In this document: positions 38,915 through 50,812 of the stretch, in pieces | Layout of the letters: each line of letters opens with the position of its first letter | How positions within the stretch are numbered: the first letter of the stretch is position 1 | Assembly (NCBI GenBank): GCA_964016885.1 | Contig: OZ024743.1 | Location: forward strand, 369,086,001 to 369,150,000 | Direction: 5' to 3' | DNA length: 64,000 nt | Source: Eledone cirrhosa | Taxonomy: Eukaryota | The notes under the pieces: model-generated | Databases searched by the model: none | The model's input: the letters and a program-made list of their open reading frames with translations, nothing else | What the model was told of the DNA's origin: nothing | Program-made: the position numbers and the translations under genes

Positions 38915-39510
38915 GCAATTACAGGCAAGTTGACGCCATCCTCAACTCGGCAATGAAAATAGTATCTGGCACACTGAAATCTACACCTATTCAGTGGCTG
39001 CCTACCCTTTCTCATAGAGCTCCTTTTTACATGCGGCATCAAGAAATGATCCAAAGTCCAAGCCCGATTTTCCCATCCATGAAGATATGGAAAATCTTCC
39101 CAACATGCACTTGAAATCATGAAAACCATTCTAGGAATCAATGAAGACCCTTCAAGACAATAACTTTGATCTGATGGAAGAGTGATGAAAATCATGGAAT
39201 GAGTCCAAATTTGCCAACCAGCTGGCTTTGACTTTCCTAGAAAGCAATGGGTGTCCCTTAATCGGATCTGCACAATACATGCCAGGACAGCCCATCATTT
39301 CCATTGACGGAAAATGAAAGACAGCACAGCAAGTGACTGTGGTGACTCTAACCAGTGCTGCATATTGTCTGGAAGTGACTCCTCAGACATTTTCCGGGCA
39401 ACTTAGAGGCAATCCATAATTCTACAAATGATGCCTTAGTCTAGCTCATCAATCTCAATTTGTCTCTCTAACCATTGTGCATATGTCATATGACAAAAAG
39501 AAGAAGAACA
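38915..39510 (+). mobile_element. Vingi/Ingi-like LINE 3' fragment
   Basis: VDAILNSAMKIVSGTLKSTPIQWLPTLS; PAGFDFPRKQWVSLNRI; CDCG-like remnant; (GAA)n tail. Confidence 0.65.
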
Positions 39511-40029
39511 GGCAGTCCAAGTTGAAGTCTTTATTAACGTATCCTCCAGCAGCCAAGGAAAACATTATATAATATTCAAAATAGAGAACAGGGTAAAAAC
39601 GCAGGCTAAACTCATGTGTTAAACACCTACCCAAAAGCTTGTACTATTATACTTGGAATTGCATATCTGGACTGAGTTACAGTCTAGAATATATATGTCT
39701 TATAGATTCTGTAGTAAGGATTTAGTAACATTGGTGTCAAGCATCTTCTGTAATTTCTGCTCAAAAGGACCAATGATGCATACATTACTATTCAAATGTT
39801 TGGTAACAATCCACAAGGTTTACTCTACTCTAAGTTGTTATACAACATTTTCTTATTGAATGTCTTAGATGCCATGTAATTAGTTTAAATATGTTTTATA
39901 CAGTTTGCCATCAAGTCTTAGAGGTTTAGTCATGACTTTATGCTATTTGGTAAACACAGATCAGTGCTGAGGGTGAAATTCATATTTCAATTGATAAATC
40001 CTTCAAAACGGTCGGAAATTGATTTAAAA

Positions 40030-40214
40030 AAAAACATCTTAAATATCAAAATATGAAAACTTCATAAATTCATGAGTATTGCCAAACTGAACTATCTAAG
40101 CATAATGATTATCTTCCTCGGTTTATAAACAGGGTTTTGATTTTTCCCTATTTCTCGACATAAAATAGGGGTATCTGCTTATATTTGGATTGGCTTATAT
40201 TTAAGTATATACAG
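40030..40214. mobile_element. partial Tc2-type MITE (right arm)
   Basis: Homologous to 53342-53541, ending cttatatttaagtatatacag|TA. Confidence 0.7.
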
Positions 40215-40699
40215 TAATCTACTGATTCAAAAGAATTAAAATATTCAAAAATAAAATGACAAGATTTTAATATTGCTGCTGGGTTTTGTACTGATGCCAT
40301 GTTTCTCTGTTGAAAGCATTTAATTCTATTTTCTTCCAACCTATCAATCTACTCAGGTTTGTGTTCTATAGTTGCTTACTTGTTTTAAACAGATGGATAA
40401 ACAGAAAGAAATATTAACAAAATACTTAAAAAAGCACTATTTCTATTTAGCATCATACTCCAAAAATATACAAAATTCTTCAGCTGTCATACATATGATA
40501 ATCTCCTTAGTGTTGGTAATCCTCATGATAAATGATCACCCTGCATACTTGTGTAAGGTGGTTGGTGATAGGAATTGCATCAAGCTATAGAAAACTGCCA
40601 AACAATGGGTCAGGAAGACTCTTCAGCTATAACAAGGATATGACTTCTTCCCTAGTGTTGGTGCTATGAAAAAATGCACATGGTTTGTAACAACATGTC

Positions 40700-41000
40700 T
40701 AACCATTGCTTTCACACCAGTCGCCGTCGAGACCTCAGGTGTACTTGGACCGCACGCAGTTGAGCTCCTCTGCAAGATCAGAACATCGGTGGCCCATCTG
40801 AGAAGGGAGCCCTGCAAGGTGGGTGGCTGTTGCAGCAGGTTTCGCTGGCCATTGTCTGCGGGAATGCTTTTGCAGTCTTGCCCATGGGGCAAAGCCCCTC
40901 CACCGCCGTGCCATATGCCCAGAACCCAATCATCCTCCCCTACTCCCTACCCATTCTTCTGTGACACTATAGTTCTTGCCATTCCCCCTGCTTCCCATTT
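40700..41000 (+). mobile_element. 3' fragment of CRE-like element
   Basis: FTPVAVETSGVLGPHAVELLCKIRTSVAHLRRE matches 4844-5119; the 3' UTR ccctactccct.. is shared. Confidence 0.75.
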
Positions 41001-41456
41001 TTTCTTTCTCTTTTCTCTCTATATTTTCCTATTTTACATTCCATTCTTCTCAATCTAAATTTTCTTTTTTTTCTTTTAAACTGTATTTACATGATATATC
41101 CCATAAATAAAATTTCAAGGGTTGGGAAAATGGATGTTAAACAATGATAATTATGATGATGATGATGATGATGATGATTTTTATGTAGCAAATTTACATT
41201 TTTATCTAATAGTGATCTTTATTGAGTAAAAGGCTTAAAAGATAGAAAAGGATATAGTATGGTTAATTTCTATAGGGCATTTAAATATAGTCCTTTATGT
41301 TTTAAGTTCGCATCCTACCAAGTTTGATTTCACATTTCATCCTGATAAAAATAGGTACCAGTTAAATATTGAGGTCAATATAATTACAAAAAAATATTAC
41401 TTCTAGCTTAGTGAACATTTGGGTTTAGCTTAGGGTCTAACATTTGGGTTTAGCTT

Positions 41457-41524
41457 TGACATCAATACCAACCAATATCATACACCTTTAGTGAGGTGTA
41501 TGATATCGGTTGGTATTGATGTCA
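41457..41524. other. near-perfect 31-bp-stem hairpin
   Basis: tgacatcaataccaaccaatatcatacacct-ttagtg-aggtgtatgatatcggttggtattgatgtca, one mismatch. Confidence 0.9.
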
Positions 41525-41666
41525 GCTAGAACAGTTGTTTTACGTAGAACTTCAGTAGAAGCAAGGAGATTTTGTAGCTCTAGCAGAAGAAAGACACTGC
41601 GCAATGATAATTTGTAGCTGTTAGAGTATTTTCATAGCAACCATTCTGAATGTCTTTATGGTTTAA

Positions 41667-41868
41667 CCCTTTACCATTTACATTACTCTATATTTGCTAT
41701 TGTATTTTCACAGTAAATTATCTCACATAATTATCTCACATAATATTGAAGCTACAAGATATTTATTTTGAAAACAATACTTATCATTGGTATGAGTGGT
41801 CAGTTAGGGATGATTTGAACAGAAAGAAGTGAGAGAATATGGATATGGCCAATTTAAATGCTAAAGGG
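41667..41868. mobile_element. piggyBac-type MITE (same family as 31141-31361, opposite orientation)
   Basis: TTAA|CCCTTTACCATTTA ... TAAATGCTAAAGGG|TTAA. Confidence 0.8.
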
Positions 41869-41984
41869 TTAAAGTTGGTGCATAATAATGGGAATGTTGT
41901 GTTGAGGGATTCATGACTCTGAGTAACACTATTATGTACATATGTGTATGTGTGTATATATATATATGTATATGATGTATATAT

Positions 41985-43248
41985 ATCATCATCATCATTT
42001 TTATGTCCATTTTTCCACACTTGCATGAGTTGGACGGGTCCTCTTCAGCATGTCATCTCCTCTGTGAATTCCAGTTATTTGAGGTCTTCCTTGGTCTACC
42101 TCTTCTTCAGCTTTCTCTTACTGGAATTTCTTGGCACTTCTTCACCCAGCGATCATCATCCATGCACATCACAGGTCTATACCTATGCAGTCTTCTCCCT
42201 TACACACCACTTCAGATTCCTCTTAAACCCAGTTTCTCCCTCAGTTCATCCAAGCTCTGCCTTTCCCTCACATTTACATTGCACATCCAACGAAACATGG
42301 TTGCTTCTTTTTTCTCCAGCCTACACATGTCATCTGCAGTCACTGCCCATATTTTACTACTACACAACATTGCACTTTGCACACAGGTATCATACAGCTG
42401 TCCTTTTATATGTAGGGAGAAACCTTTGTTGTCAACAGAGGAAGTAGCTCTCTAAACTTTTTCCATCCTATCCTTACTCTAGCTATTATGCTCTTAGAGC
42501 ACCCTTCTCCACTGCTAATTAGGTCACTTAGATAGCTGAAGCTATCAACCACTTCTATGGATCCTTCATGGGATTGGAAAATGCCCACATCACTGACACT
42601 CTTCCGGCTAATTACCCCTGTGCATCTTCTACATACAAAGTCTTCCCTTCCTGTTAGTCTACCCGTTATCCCATTACATCTCTTATGTACCCAAGATTTA
42701 CATTGAGTTCATCATATAGAGTTTATGCCTATGCCTACTCCTTTTCTACATATTGAACAGGGCCATTTCTCTGGAGGAATTAGGGCCCTATCTTCTTTTC
42801 TACTTACTAGCACTTTAGTTTTGGCTAAGTTTACTCTCAGCCTTTTTAATTCCAAATTCTGTTTCTATAGTCAGAACTTATTCTGTAGTTCTTTTGGGGA
42901 TTCAGCTCTAAAGACCAGATCATCTGCATGGAAAAGTTCCCATGGACAGCCATTTTAAAACTCTTCTGTTATGGCCTGGAGAACTATGATAACAGCAGTG
43001 GACTGAGAACCAAACCCTGATAATCTCCTACCTGCACTTAGAATTCCTCACTAAAGTGACTTCCTATTCTCACTTTACTGACAGCTCCTCTGTACATGGA
43101 TTACACTGTTCTCACAAGCCATTCTTCTATACCTAATTTTCTTAAGAGCCATCAGATAACAGAATAAGATACTCTGACAAAGACCTTTTCTAGATAAACA
43201 AAAGCTAAATATAGCAGCTTATTATTGGTTAGGAACTTCTCTTGTTGT
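41985..43248 (-). mobile_element. degenerate 5'-truncated RTE LINE (PHD-containing family)
   Basis: (GAT)n tail; [50 protein letters not shown]; TA/TG microsatellites on both flanks. Confidence 0.85.
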
Positions 43249-43263
43249 TATCCTCTCTCTCTC

Positions 43264-43299
<36 letters not shown>

Positions 43300-43805
43300 C
43301 GTGTATCTTCTTATCCATAAGTTTTATATTGCTAAATACAGTAGTAAAAGGGTTGATGAAAATGAATAATATTCCATATTATTACTGTCTATTTTACAGT
43401 TGCTATAGAAATAGGTGAGACATAAGATAGAAACAAACTAACATTCATTTTAATAATCTGTTTTATATAAAAATGCACAAGTGAATTCTGCAATGTTAAG
43501 AAGAGACAAATCTTTCTTGTTTTCAATATGGCTGTCTACCTTTTCCTTGTTTACATTTTTAATTTCAACTAACTTCCTTTTTCTTCTTCTGTTTCCCAAA
43601 TATCCACTCTTCTCTCTTTGATTGTATCTTCCAATAAAGAACTAGCATCCAAAACGTTAAAATGCTTTCCCAACTATATGAAGCCATTAAACCAATATGC
43701 CATCATCGTAATGTATCATTTGCCTGTTTTGTTTTTCCTCATTGACTTCTCTTATTTATTTACATGTAATTATCCCAGAAAAATTTAACTGTTTTCAATT
43801 ATTAA

Positions 43806-43984
43806 ATAATTGTTTCTACTTTTGGCACAAGGCCAGCAATTATCCCAGTGTATTACTTGTACTTTATTTTATCGACCCCATGAGGATGAAAGGCAAAGTT
43901 AATCTCAGCGGGATTTGAACTCAGTCTGTAAAGGGACGTAGCTGTGCTGCAAAGCATGGCGCCCGACCCTCTACCGATACTGCA
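43806..43984 (-). mobile_element. Nin/Deu-type SINE
   Basis: Homologous to 3911-4103. Confidence 0.85.
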
Positions 43985-44068
43985 ATCAAACATAATGTGG
44001 AATTATGTTTACTTCGCAACCATGTGGTTCTAAGTTCGATCCCACTGCATGAAACCAAAAGGCAAATG

Positions 44069-44073
<5 letters not shown>

Positions 44074-44132
<59 letters not shown>
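44074..44132. repeat. (TTA)n microsatellite
   Basis: Direct reading; further tracts at 49356-49394 and 50253-50278. Confidence 0.95.
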
Positions 44133-47100
44133 GTTCTTTGAGTCTGTCATTGATGTTAGTTAACTGGAAAGTTTGTTGAAATGAATATCAAGCCACTACC
44201 TGCAGCCTCAGATATTCAGGACGTATTGGAGGGTTCTTGCTGTTCCCAGCAAGCATGCCTTTTGAAGCGTTCCAAAAAGCGTCGCGGGGCCAATTTTCTT
44301 TAACCATCTCTGGAAACTTTTTGAGATAGTGCGCCTATGACAATCGGGACCACTTTGACTTCATGGCAGTTCCAAATCCTTTTTACCTCCCACTTTAAGT
44401 CCTGGTATCGGTTAATTGTCTCCCTCTCCTTCTCTTGCAATCTCGTGTCGAATGGGCAGGCCACATCCACAAGCAGGCACGATCTTTTTTCCTTGTCCAA
44501 AACCACCAGGTCAGGACTATTGTGTTCCAGTTTCTTGTCCGTCTGTATCCTAAAATCCCACAGCACCTTCACCTGATCGTTTTCTATCACCGACTCTGGC
44601 TTATGCTCATACCACTTCTCAGAATGTGGTAAATTGTTTACTTTGCATAGGTGCCAGTGGATCACCCTGCCCATCACATCATGTCTCCAGCCTTTATAGT
44701 GAGTCTGGGCTTGGTGTTTACACTCGGATACAATGTGAGCCACAGTCTTCTCTCTCCCTCCACAGATCCTGCACAGTGGGCTAGTCTCCTCCTTGTAAAT
44801 ATGGTGTTTCAACCACTTCGTTTTGAGGGCCTGCTCTTGCGCAGCCATTAGCATTCCTTCTGTAGCCTTTTTAAGGTCTCCTCTTTTCAACTAGTTCCAT
44901 GTCTGTGGATCTCTGAATTCAGTTTTCTCAAAGAAGGTACTATGAAGGGATTTTTGATGAAGGTTGCTCTTTCTCCTTCTTGTTATTTCCTCCTTGGACA
45001 TCCCCTGGTCTATTGTCCTCTCCTTCAGTACAATTCTGAGCATTGGCTCCTTACTATCAGTCATGTATTTGTGTAGGTTGTTTTTCTCCATCTGAACACA
45101 GTCCTCTATGCTGATAAGACCTCTTCCACCTTCAGATCTCCTTAAGTAGAGTCTATCGACATCACTCCTCTTGTGGAACATGTTGTAGATAGTCAATAGC
45201 TTCCTAGTCTTCCTATCCATTTCTTTTTGTTCAGCAACATTCCATCTCAGAATTCCCGCACTGTACCTAATAATAGACACAGCTCGGGAATTTACTGCAC
45301 TTATGGCATTCCTACTGTTCAGATGTGACTTTAATACGCTCCTTACTCTCCGAATGTATTCAGATCTTATCAATTCCTTCATTTTTTTGTTCTTGATGTC
45401 ATCAGCCTCCAGAACACCCAAATACTTGTATCCCTCTTCAGTGTCAATTTCCTTTATCATCTCACCTGTTGGTACCTGGATTCCGTTGCTTCTGCTCAAT
45501 TTACAAGGACTCCACACTTACTAATACCAAATTGCATACATATATCATTGCTGAAAATACGGACAGTGTCAACAAGCACATCCAACTCCTTCTCACTCTT
45601 CCCGAAGAGCTTAAGATCGTCCATGAAGAGGAGGTGATTGATGGTAAGCTCTGCCTTTCCCAACTTGTATCCTGCTCTCACTTTTCGCAGTATAATGGTC
45701 AGGTGCATCAGGGCAAGGTCAAACAACAGAGGGGACAGACTATCTCCCTGGAAGATACCTCTCTTGATCTTCACGCCCCCCAAGGATTCTCCAGCTAATG
45801 TTAACTCTGTTTTCCAGGACTTCTTACTTTTGCCCAACAACTGTCTGATGTTATCTGCCACCTTGAAGATCTCTAGGCTTTTGGTGATCCAAGAATGAGG
45901 CACCATGTCAAATGCCTTTTTGTAGTCTATCCATCTCATGGCAAGACCAGTGTGTCTCCTCTTGCAATTCCTCATTACCATCTTATCAATAAGTAACTGG
46001 TCCTTTGTACCACAGGACTTCTTTCGGCATCCTTTCTGTTCGTCCGGTAACAAGTTGTTTGTGTGGAGGTGATGGTAGATTTCTTCAGACATAATGCTTG
46101 TCAACAGTTTCCACATTACGGACAGACATGTGATAGGTCTATAGTTGGTAACATCATTACCCTTGATTCGGTCTTTCATTACCAGAACTGTGGTACCTTT
46201 TGTCAACCACTCTGGTACCTCACCTGACATCAAGCAGTCATTGAACATGGTTGTCAGTTTCGGGTGGAGGATGTTATATTTTTAATCCAATACCCCTGCA
46301 CACCATCTGGGCCTGGTGATTTCCAGTTGGTTAGTTTTTTGGCCTGCCCCTTAAGAGTTTCAACTGTGATACTCAAATCAGTTTGTTGGTGTGCCTGTTC
46401 ACTGATCTCCTTCTGTACTGTCTCAATCCACACTGCCTGGTCATTATGTTTAACATCCTGCTCCCATATTTCTCTCCAGAATGTCTTAGTTTGTTCCGCC
46501 TCAGGGATCAAGTCGTTGCCTCTTTTTTTCCCTTCAAGCTGTCCAAACAGCATCTTCTGGTTGTTGTCAAACATACAGTTCTGTCTATACTGACTGACTC
46601 TGCTCTCGTATCGCCTAATTTTTGCACTCTTTGCTACAATGCGTTGCTTCAGTTCCTCTATGATAATATTTAGCTTTTTCCTCCTAGTTTTGTACTTTAT
46701 TTCCAGTCTATTTTTAGTGTCTATGTTTTTTAGTGTCCCATTCAGTAGGGACTCAAGCTTTCCAATGTCATTTCTTATTTCCCTGATTTGACCATTCAGT
46801 CGTGTCGTCCACCAAGGTTCTGATCTTTCTTGTTTGTTGTTTCCTCTCACTTTTATGCCAAGTAATTTCCTCACCGCATTTGCTGTTGCTTTGAGGATAT
46901 TGTTGCACTGGTGAAGGCTCTTCGCCTCAAGGTATGGGATGACTTTGTTTACCTTAGCTGTTGTTTCTTTTAACTTTTTCCTGTCTACAAATCTTAGGTT
47001 CATAGGTCTCCCACTATCATTGTTCAATTCATCTACCACTAAGTTTAGGATATCAACCAAATCTTGTCCTAGCCCGTCAGCATTCATCTCCTCAATGGCC

Positions 47101-49354
47101 GTATCTTTGTTCCAGGTATTATTTATTTCAGCATTCAGATCATTGTCTGCTAAGGATGGTTCTTTGGTATATAGTTTATTGTCACCAATTTAGCGGAGAG
47201 TTATATTTAGAGAGTTGTAATGTAGCCACGAGGAACCAGGTTTGGTAGAAAGATATGATAGGAATATCGACAACGACTTTAGCTTGGTTTTACATTATTT
47301 ATTAACAGAGGTTGAGCTGGCATGCCAAGAGAAATAAAACAAATCAATTAAGATTACAAGAGAAAATACGGTCGACTGGCTGAGGCGTTTAGCCAATTCC
47401 GTAGTAAAATTGTTGTGTCGTTACATATTGTTTGTGCTGGCAGAGCAAAAGAACAAGTGGTGTTTACCTTAGCACGGTTTAGCTGGGAGTCATAGCGTCC
47501 TCAAATCTTTGCGGGCTATTTCTCCCTCAGAACGCGTAGGGATACATCCTCTTCTACTGGCGCTGATTGGCTGAGCTGAGCCAAATCACGCACAGAGAAT
47601 GTATGTGAGCCCGCGGAATGAAGGTCACTACATCACCTCCGAGCAGATTTTTAGCCGAAAATCGTTAACGATGAAGCCAAGGACCCACAGATAATTGAAT
47701 CAGCAAGAACAAATGCTGAAAGAGCACATCAGTGAAAAAAAATAATTGAGCAGAAAGATGCATGCAAGAAAAAAAAAATGAGGCGCGACGGGCTGTGTTG
47801 AGCCGCTGTCAAATGACTAGCTGTTTTGTAGTTTATACGTGACCACCAAAGATCTACCAGAAAACAGATAAAGTCTGACATGGGCGAAGTTGCTGTTCTT
47901 GCATTAAATGTTAATTGTAAGTGTTGTACCAGTAGCTGTGGACGAAGCTATTATGGTAGTTTACCAGTGCTGGCAAGAAGATGATGGGTAGGCGAGAAAA
48001 TGTTGGCCTCCCAGATGTATTGCCGAATGTGCTAGGGAGCCAGGAAAAAATGGCTGGTTGCTTTGAAAAGAAAAAAAGCAAGTTTAATCTGTAGGTGGGT
48101 TGCAGTGAAAATTCCATAATCCGGGCGAATCCACAGAAGTGGTGGAAATGCCGACAAGTCCAGTTCTATTTGTTGCTTTCCCAGCGAGTCGGGCAAAACA
48201 ACAAGACGGAGGCCGTCATGGACGATCAGTGTGCCACGAGATGCGAAACTGTTTGAGTTCAGCTGCAATTAGCATTCTCGTGTTGCGGTGTCTGTTTGAA
48301 TCCAGGTGAATTAAACTCTATGAGTCGCTAGCATGTGACGGCACCTCCACCAGGTGAAAAGGGATCTCGCAGAATATTACGTTTGAAGAACATATACCAA
48401 GAACAACATGTTGGTGTGTGACAAAGAAATGTGTGCATATGCAGGCATGCAAAACAGCAAAGAATGTGAATGAACAAAAACCATGAGCAAGCAAATAGCA
48501 AAAGAGCACAAAACAAGTAAATGCATTCTACAAAGAAATATGTGAATGTAACAAACTGATAATTCAAAGTGAATATAAGGGAGCAGAGAAAATACGGTCG
48601 ACTGGCTGAGGCGTTTAGCCAATTCCGTAGTAAAATTGTTGTGTCGTTACATATTGTTTGTGCTGGCGGAGCAAAAGAACAAGTGGTGTTTACCTTAGCA
48701 CGGTCTAGCTGGGAGTCATAGCGTCCTCAAATCTTTGCAGGCTATTTCTCCCTCAGAACGCGTAGGGATACATCCTCTTCTACTGGCACTGATTGGCTGA
48801 GCTGAGCCAAATCACGCACAGAGAATGTATGTGAGCCCGCGGAATGTAGGTCACTACAGTTCCTCCGTTCTCTCAACCTCTTCACCTTCATTTCCCACTG
48901 GCTCGTTTGCCTGGCATACTCCACTCTCCATTTCCAACCTAATCTCTCTGTTCAGTTCCTCCAGTTCCAGCTCGCTTATCCCCCCATTAGTTCTTATTAC
49001 CCGAGCCTGCCCGGCCAATTTTTGTTCATCTAATTTAAATAGACCAATCTCGTTCCAGATGCTATGCATCCATTTCCTATAGCCTTTTTCCTTGGGGTTA
49101 CTCTTCAGGTAACATTGCATAACAGTTCTATTCAATTCTTTCGTCCAGTTGGTTCTGGTCCCTTTCCTTCTTCTTCTTCCTCCGACACCAGCAGTATTTG
49201 GTTGATAGCCTGCTGCTGAGCCAGGGAGCACCTGCTGGGTGAGAGTCTGTCACATGACAATCCAGTCTCCACCTCACCGTTATTCGAACTGTTTAGGTTC
49301 GACATTTAAACACTCTTATAGAGGATTGGTGAATGTATGGTTACATAACCAGCG

Positions 49355-49355
<1 letters not shown>
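44133..49355 (-). mobile_element. R4/Dong-clade non-LTR retrotransposon, full length but disrupted
   Basis: NWTKELNRTVMQCY; WKSPGPDGVQGYW; NYRPITCL; EQKGC; WIDYKKAFD; GIFQGDSLSPLLF; HLLFMDDLKL; YKYLG; CRIC..H..C; RHD; PDLVVLD..D (RLE). Both ends lie in (TAA)n; interrupted at 47221-48858. Confidence 0.92.
47221..48858 (-). mobile_element. internally deleted LTR retrotransposon remnant (Gypsy-like) nested in the Dong element
   Basis: Complete 412-bp LTR TGTAG..CTACA at 47221-47632; 274-bp partial LTR at 48585-48858 (5 differences); purine-rich GGAGGTGA before the 3' LTR on the minus strand; weak integrase-like remnant (IVHDGLRLVVLPDSL, GRPTFSRL). Confidence 0.8.
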
Positions 49356-49394
<39 letters not shown>

Positions 49395-49395
<1 letters not shown>

Positions 49396-50252
49396 AGTTG
49401 CATTTATCTTGCTTTATGTTCATACGAGTTATCACCAAGTCACAACCAGTGACCTCAAGAGACAACAAGGTCCGCCATGTTCAAGAAAGAACATACATAC
49501 TCACACATGCATCTTTAGTGTTTAGACTTGTGATGTACTTATATTGACAGAATCTTCCTTAGTATATGGGCAGTTCCCATTAGTACTATCTTTTGTATTT
49601 CTCCTATACGCGGGTTTCCTGGGATTTGCGATAAGTAATCATTAGACCCCTTAGGTATCATTCCCAGAGCGCCTACAACCACTGGTATTGTTTTAGTTCT
49701 CAATTTCCACATTTTTCCAATTTCTATCTCCAGGTCCTTATACTTGCTCAATTTTTCAAATGTTTTTATAGATACATTCTTGTCTATTGGAACAGACATA
49801 TCAATTAGCAGGCATACCCTCTTTTTAAAGTCCTTCAATATTATATCAGGTCTATTTGCATCTATTTTTCGGTCTGTTTGGATGCTAAAGTTCCACAAGA
49901 TTGAGATGTGATCTTTTTCAAGTATGGGAGGTGGTTGATGCTCCCACCAATTCTTTTGATGGGGCAGGTCAAAATGCTTACACATTATCCAATGTATGTA
50001 TTGTGCAGCTCTGTCATGCCTGTTTAGGTATTCGGTTGGAGCTATAGGACTGCACATTGAAATTATATGGTCAATGGTCTCTGGTTGTTTTTTGCATACA
50101 CGGCATAATGGGCTGCATCCATTTTTTATTATGTTGGCTTGGTAATTTTTTGTTGGCAGACACTGATCTTGTGTTGATATAATCAGTCCTTCAGTCTCCG
50201 ATTTCAGTCCAGAGGATGCCAACCACTGATGGGTTAAGGTTTTGTCAACATC
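49395..50252 (-). mobile_element. 5'-truncated second R4/Dong-clade element (open 227-aa RLE C-terminus at 49539-50222)
   Basis: LKSETEGLII..QDQ, CRVC..H..C, RHD, NRPDIILKD, KYKDLEIE, PVVVGALG; (TAA)n on both sides. Confidence 0.9.
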
Positions 50253-50369
50253 ATTATTATTATTATTATTATTATTATCCCACTTATTCCTGGGAGGATC
50301 ATGTGGGCAGAGTCCTCAAACACTCCTTCCAGTGGGTTCTGTCAGAGCAACCGTCTCCAACTGATCGGT

Positions 50370-50426
50370 TAATATGTTAATATCTTTTATTGATTCACAC
50401 AATCAATAAAAGATATTAACATATTA
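50370..50426. other. perfect 26-bp-stem hairpin
   Basis: taatatgttaatatcttttattgatt-cacac-aatcaataaaagatattaacatatta. Confidence 0.9.
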
Positions 50427-50713
50427 GTGAGAATATTGCTGATAGGCTGATAGGGCGAAGAAAAATAACTTGTATTTAATCCACCTGTGTTGCACAGAAA
50501 TTCCCTGGTCCACATTGTCATCATAAATGTTAATGAACCATTGAGTTGCCCACTGGAAGCCTGTAACTAATGGTACTATTGTCTCCCCAAAATTTAAATA
50601 AAAAGAGTGGTCTGTCTAGAGATATGATAAAACAACTTTATGAGATATGGACTAACAACCTATGAATTGGTAATTCAGTGCTTAATCTATTTTGGGTTAT
50701 TTGAATAACGATA

Positions 50714-50812
50714 ATCATCATCATCATAATAATAATCATCATCATCATCATCATTATCATCATCATCACCATCTTCATCATCATCCTCATCATCATCATC
50801 ATCATCACCATC
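50714..50812. repeat. (CAT)n microsatellite / expanded RTE-type tail
   Basis: Followed by a degenerate RTE/SINE tail (..cccttcctaacaccaaccac at about 50947-50967). Confidence 0.8.

Noticed and set aside
43615-43670. Fifth hammerhead-like remnant (ccaataaagaactagcatccaaaacgtt)
   Set aside because: Neither CTGANGA nor GAAA is intact; too degenerate to call.
49200-49355. HDV-like ribozyme at the Dong 5' end
   Set aside because: Only a simple GGTGAG/CTCACC hairpin is evident; no double pseudoknot was found.
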